Origin: Marsupella aquatica
Taxonomy: Eukaryota > Plantae > Marchantiophyta
Length of the DNA: 64,000 nt
Reading direction: 5' to 3'
NCBI GenBank assembly: GCA_973895155.1
Contig: OZ316894.1
Span: forward strand, 21,609,867-21,673,866
Position numbers and translations under genes: made by a program
Part shown: positions 63,201 through 64,000 of the stretch, one piece after another
How the letters are laid out: the number at the start of each line of letters is the position of its first letter
Position numbering within the stretch: the stretch's first letter is position 1
The notes under the pieces: model-generated
The model's database searches: none
What the model was told of the DNA's origin: nothing
Seen by the model: the letters and a program-made list of their open reading frames with translations, nothing else

Positions 63201-64000
63201 TCGATGCAGCACCTCATTTTTGTGTAAATGTATTCTTGCAGGCTACTCAGGCGAGATCCCATGGGTGCTTTGGGATACGGGAACAAACCTGCGGGGACAA
63301 GTTTAAAATCTTCTCCGAGTGGAAATGGCCGGCCAAGGGACATGGAAATCATTGTCGCATCAAGACAAGGACAAGTCTTGGGGAGACAGACTGTTTTGAA
63401 AAGTGACCACTGCCCTGGTTGTCAATCAATGTCCCTACCTGAAAGAGTCGAAGGGGCCCCTAACTTCAGAGAAGTGGCCGGGTTTCCAGTGTATGGAGTC
63501 GCGAATCCAACTATTGATGGAATCCGGGCTGTCCTTCAGAGAATTGGAAGTGCAGTTGGTGGGCGACAGGTCTTGTGGCATAATATGCGGGAGGAACCTG
63601 TTATTTACATAAATGGAAAACCTTTTGTTCTCCGCGAAGTAGAGCGGCCTTACAAGAATATGCTTGAATACACGGTAACGTACTGTCATAGAGTAGAAAC
63701 GGCACTCTATTCGCTTTTGTTTCATCCATTCTTTTGAAGCATATTGTCAGCATTTGTCGCAAAGTCTGGTTGTATCAGTAACTCATTCACCGTCGAAGTA
63801 TAAGCTGCAAGATGCAAGTTGGGTACTCATACCACTAAGTCTTCTAAGTAGCAGTTCTGCATATTCTTGCAGGGCATAGATACAAAGAGAGTAGAACAAA
63901 TGGAGGCACGACTGAAAGAAGATGTATTGCGTGAAGCTGCTCAATATGATGGTGGTATCATGGTTAATCATGAAACTGATGACGGCCAAATATTTGATGC
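57231..64000 (+). CDS. Paladin-like (PALD1 family) PTP-like / inositol-phosphate phosphatase, 5' part
   Basis: Exons approx. 57231-57380, 58321-58449, 58744-58815, 60612-60682, 60844-60943, 61071-61169, 61274-61400, 61509-61641, 62501-62560, 62873-63111, 63242-63674, 63872-end. Motifs: RGGSVLGKKTILKSDHFPGC, GAPNYR, NLREEP, FNCQMGRGRTTTG, YLERY, then a second repeat domain (KSDHCPGC, GAPNFR). Confidence 0.93.
62124..62359. repeat. Intronic tandem duplication ~118 bp x2
   Basis: TGCATGATGGGAAT.ATGC.GGAGACATAAGTCTGTCGACCCCATTGGGAC...CCTGGTGTCCTGCATACC twice. Confidence 0.9.

Overview
Eukaryotic nuclear DNA from a land plant, probably non-seed (bryophyte, lycophyte or fern; this is an inference from gene and transposon content). 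Host genes: two tandem phytocyanin paralogs (-), an LRR-only NLR-like remnant (+), NOSIP/CSU1 E3 ligase (-), a multi-exon UFM1-specific protease (+), and the 5' part of a paladin-like phosphatase gene (+, runs off the window). Mobile DNA: an intron-containing DUF7869/RNase H-like transposase, two 9-bp-TSD Mutator-like non-autonomous elements, a 5'-truncated CRE-clade non-LTR retrotransposon inside a satellite plus two decayed relatives, a complete but degenerate Bianca-like Ty1/copia with ~110-bp LTRs, a foldback MITE and several tandem arrays. Best candidate for something new: one phytocyanin paralog has lost two of four type-1 copper ligands and ends in seven tandem GRGGYN peptides with only synonymous changes in the core, resembling a multi-copy signalling-peptide precursor fused to a cupredoxin fold. 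Its neighbour keeps all four ligands and has a single related unit out of frame after its stop. All alignments were done by eye; no searches were run.
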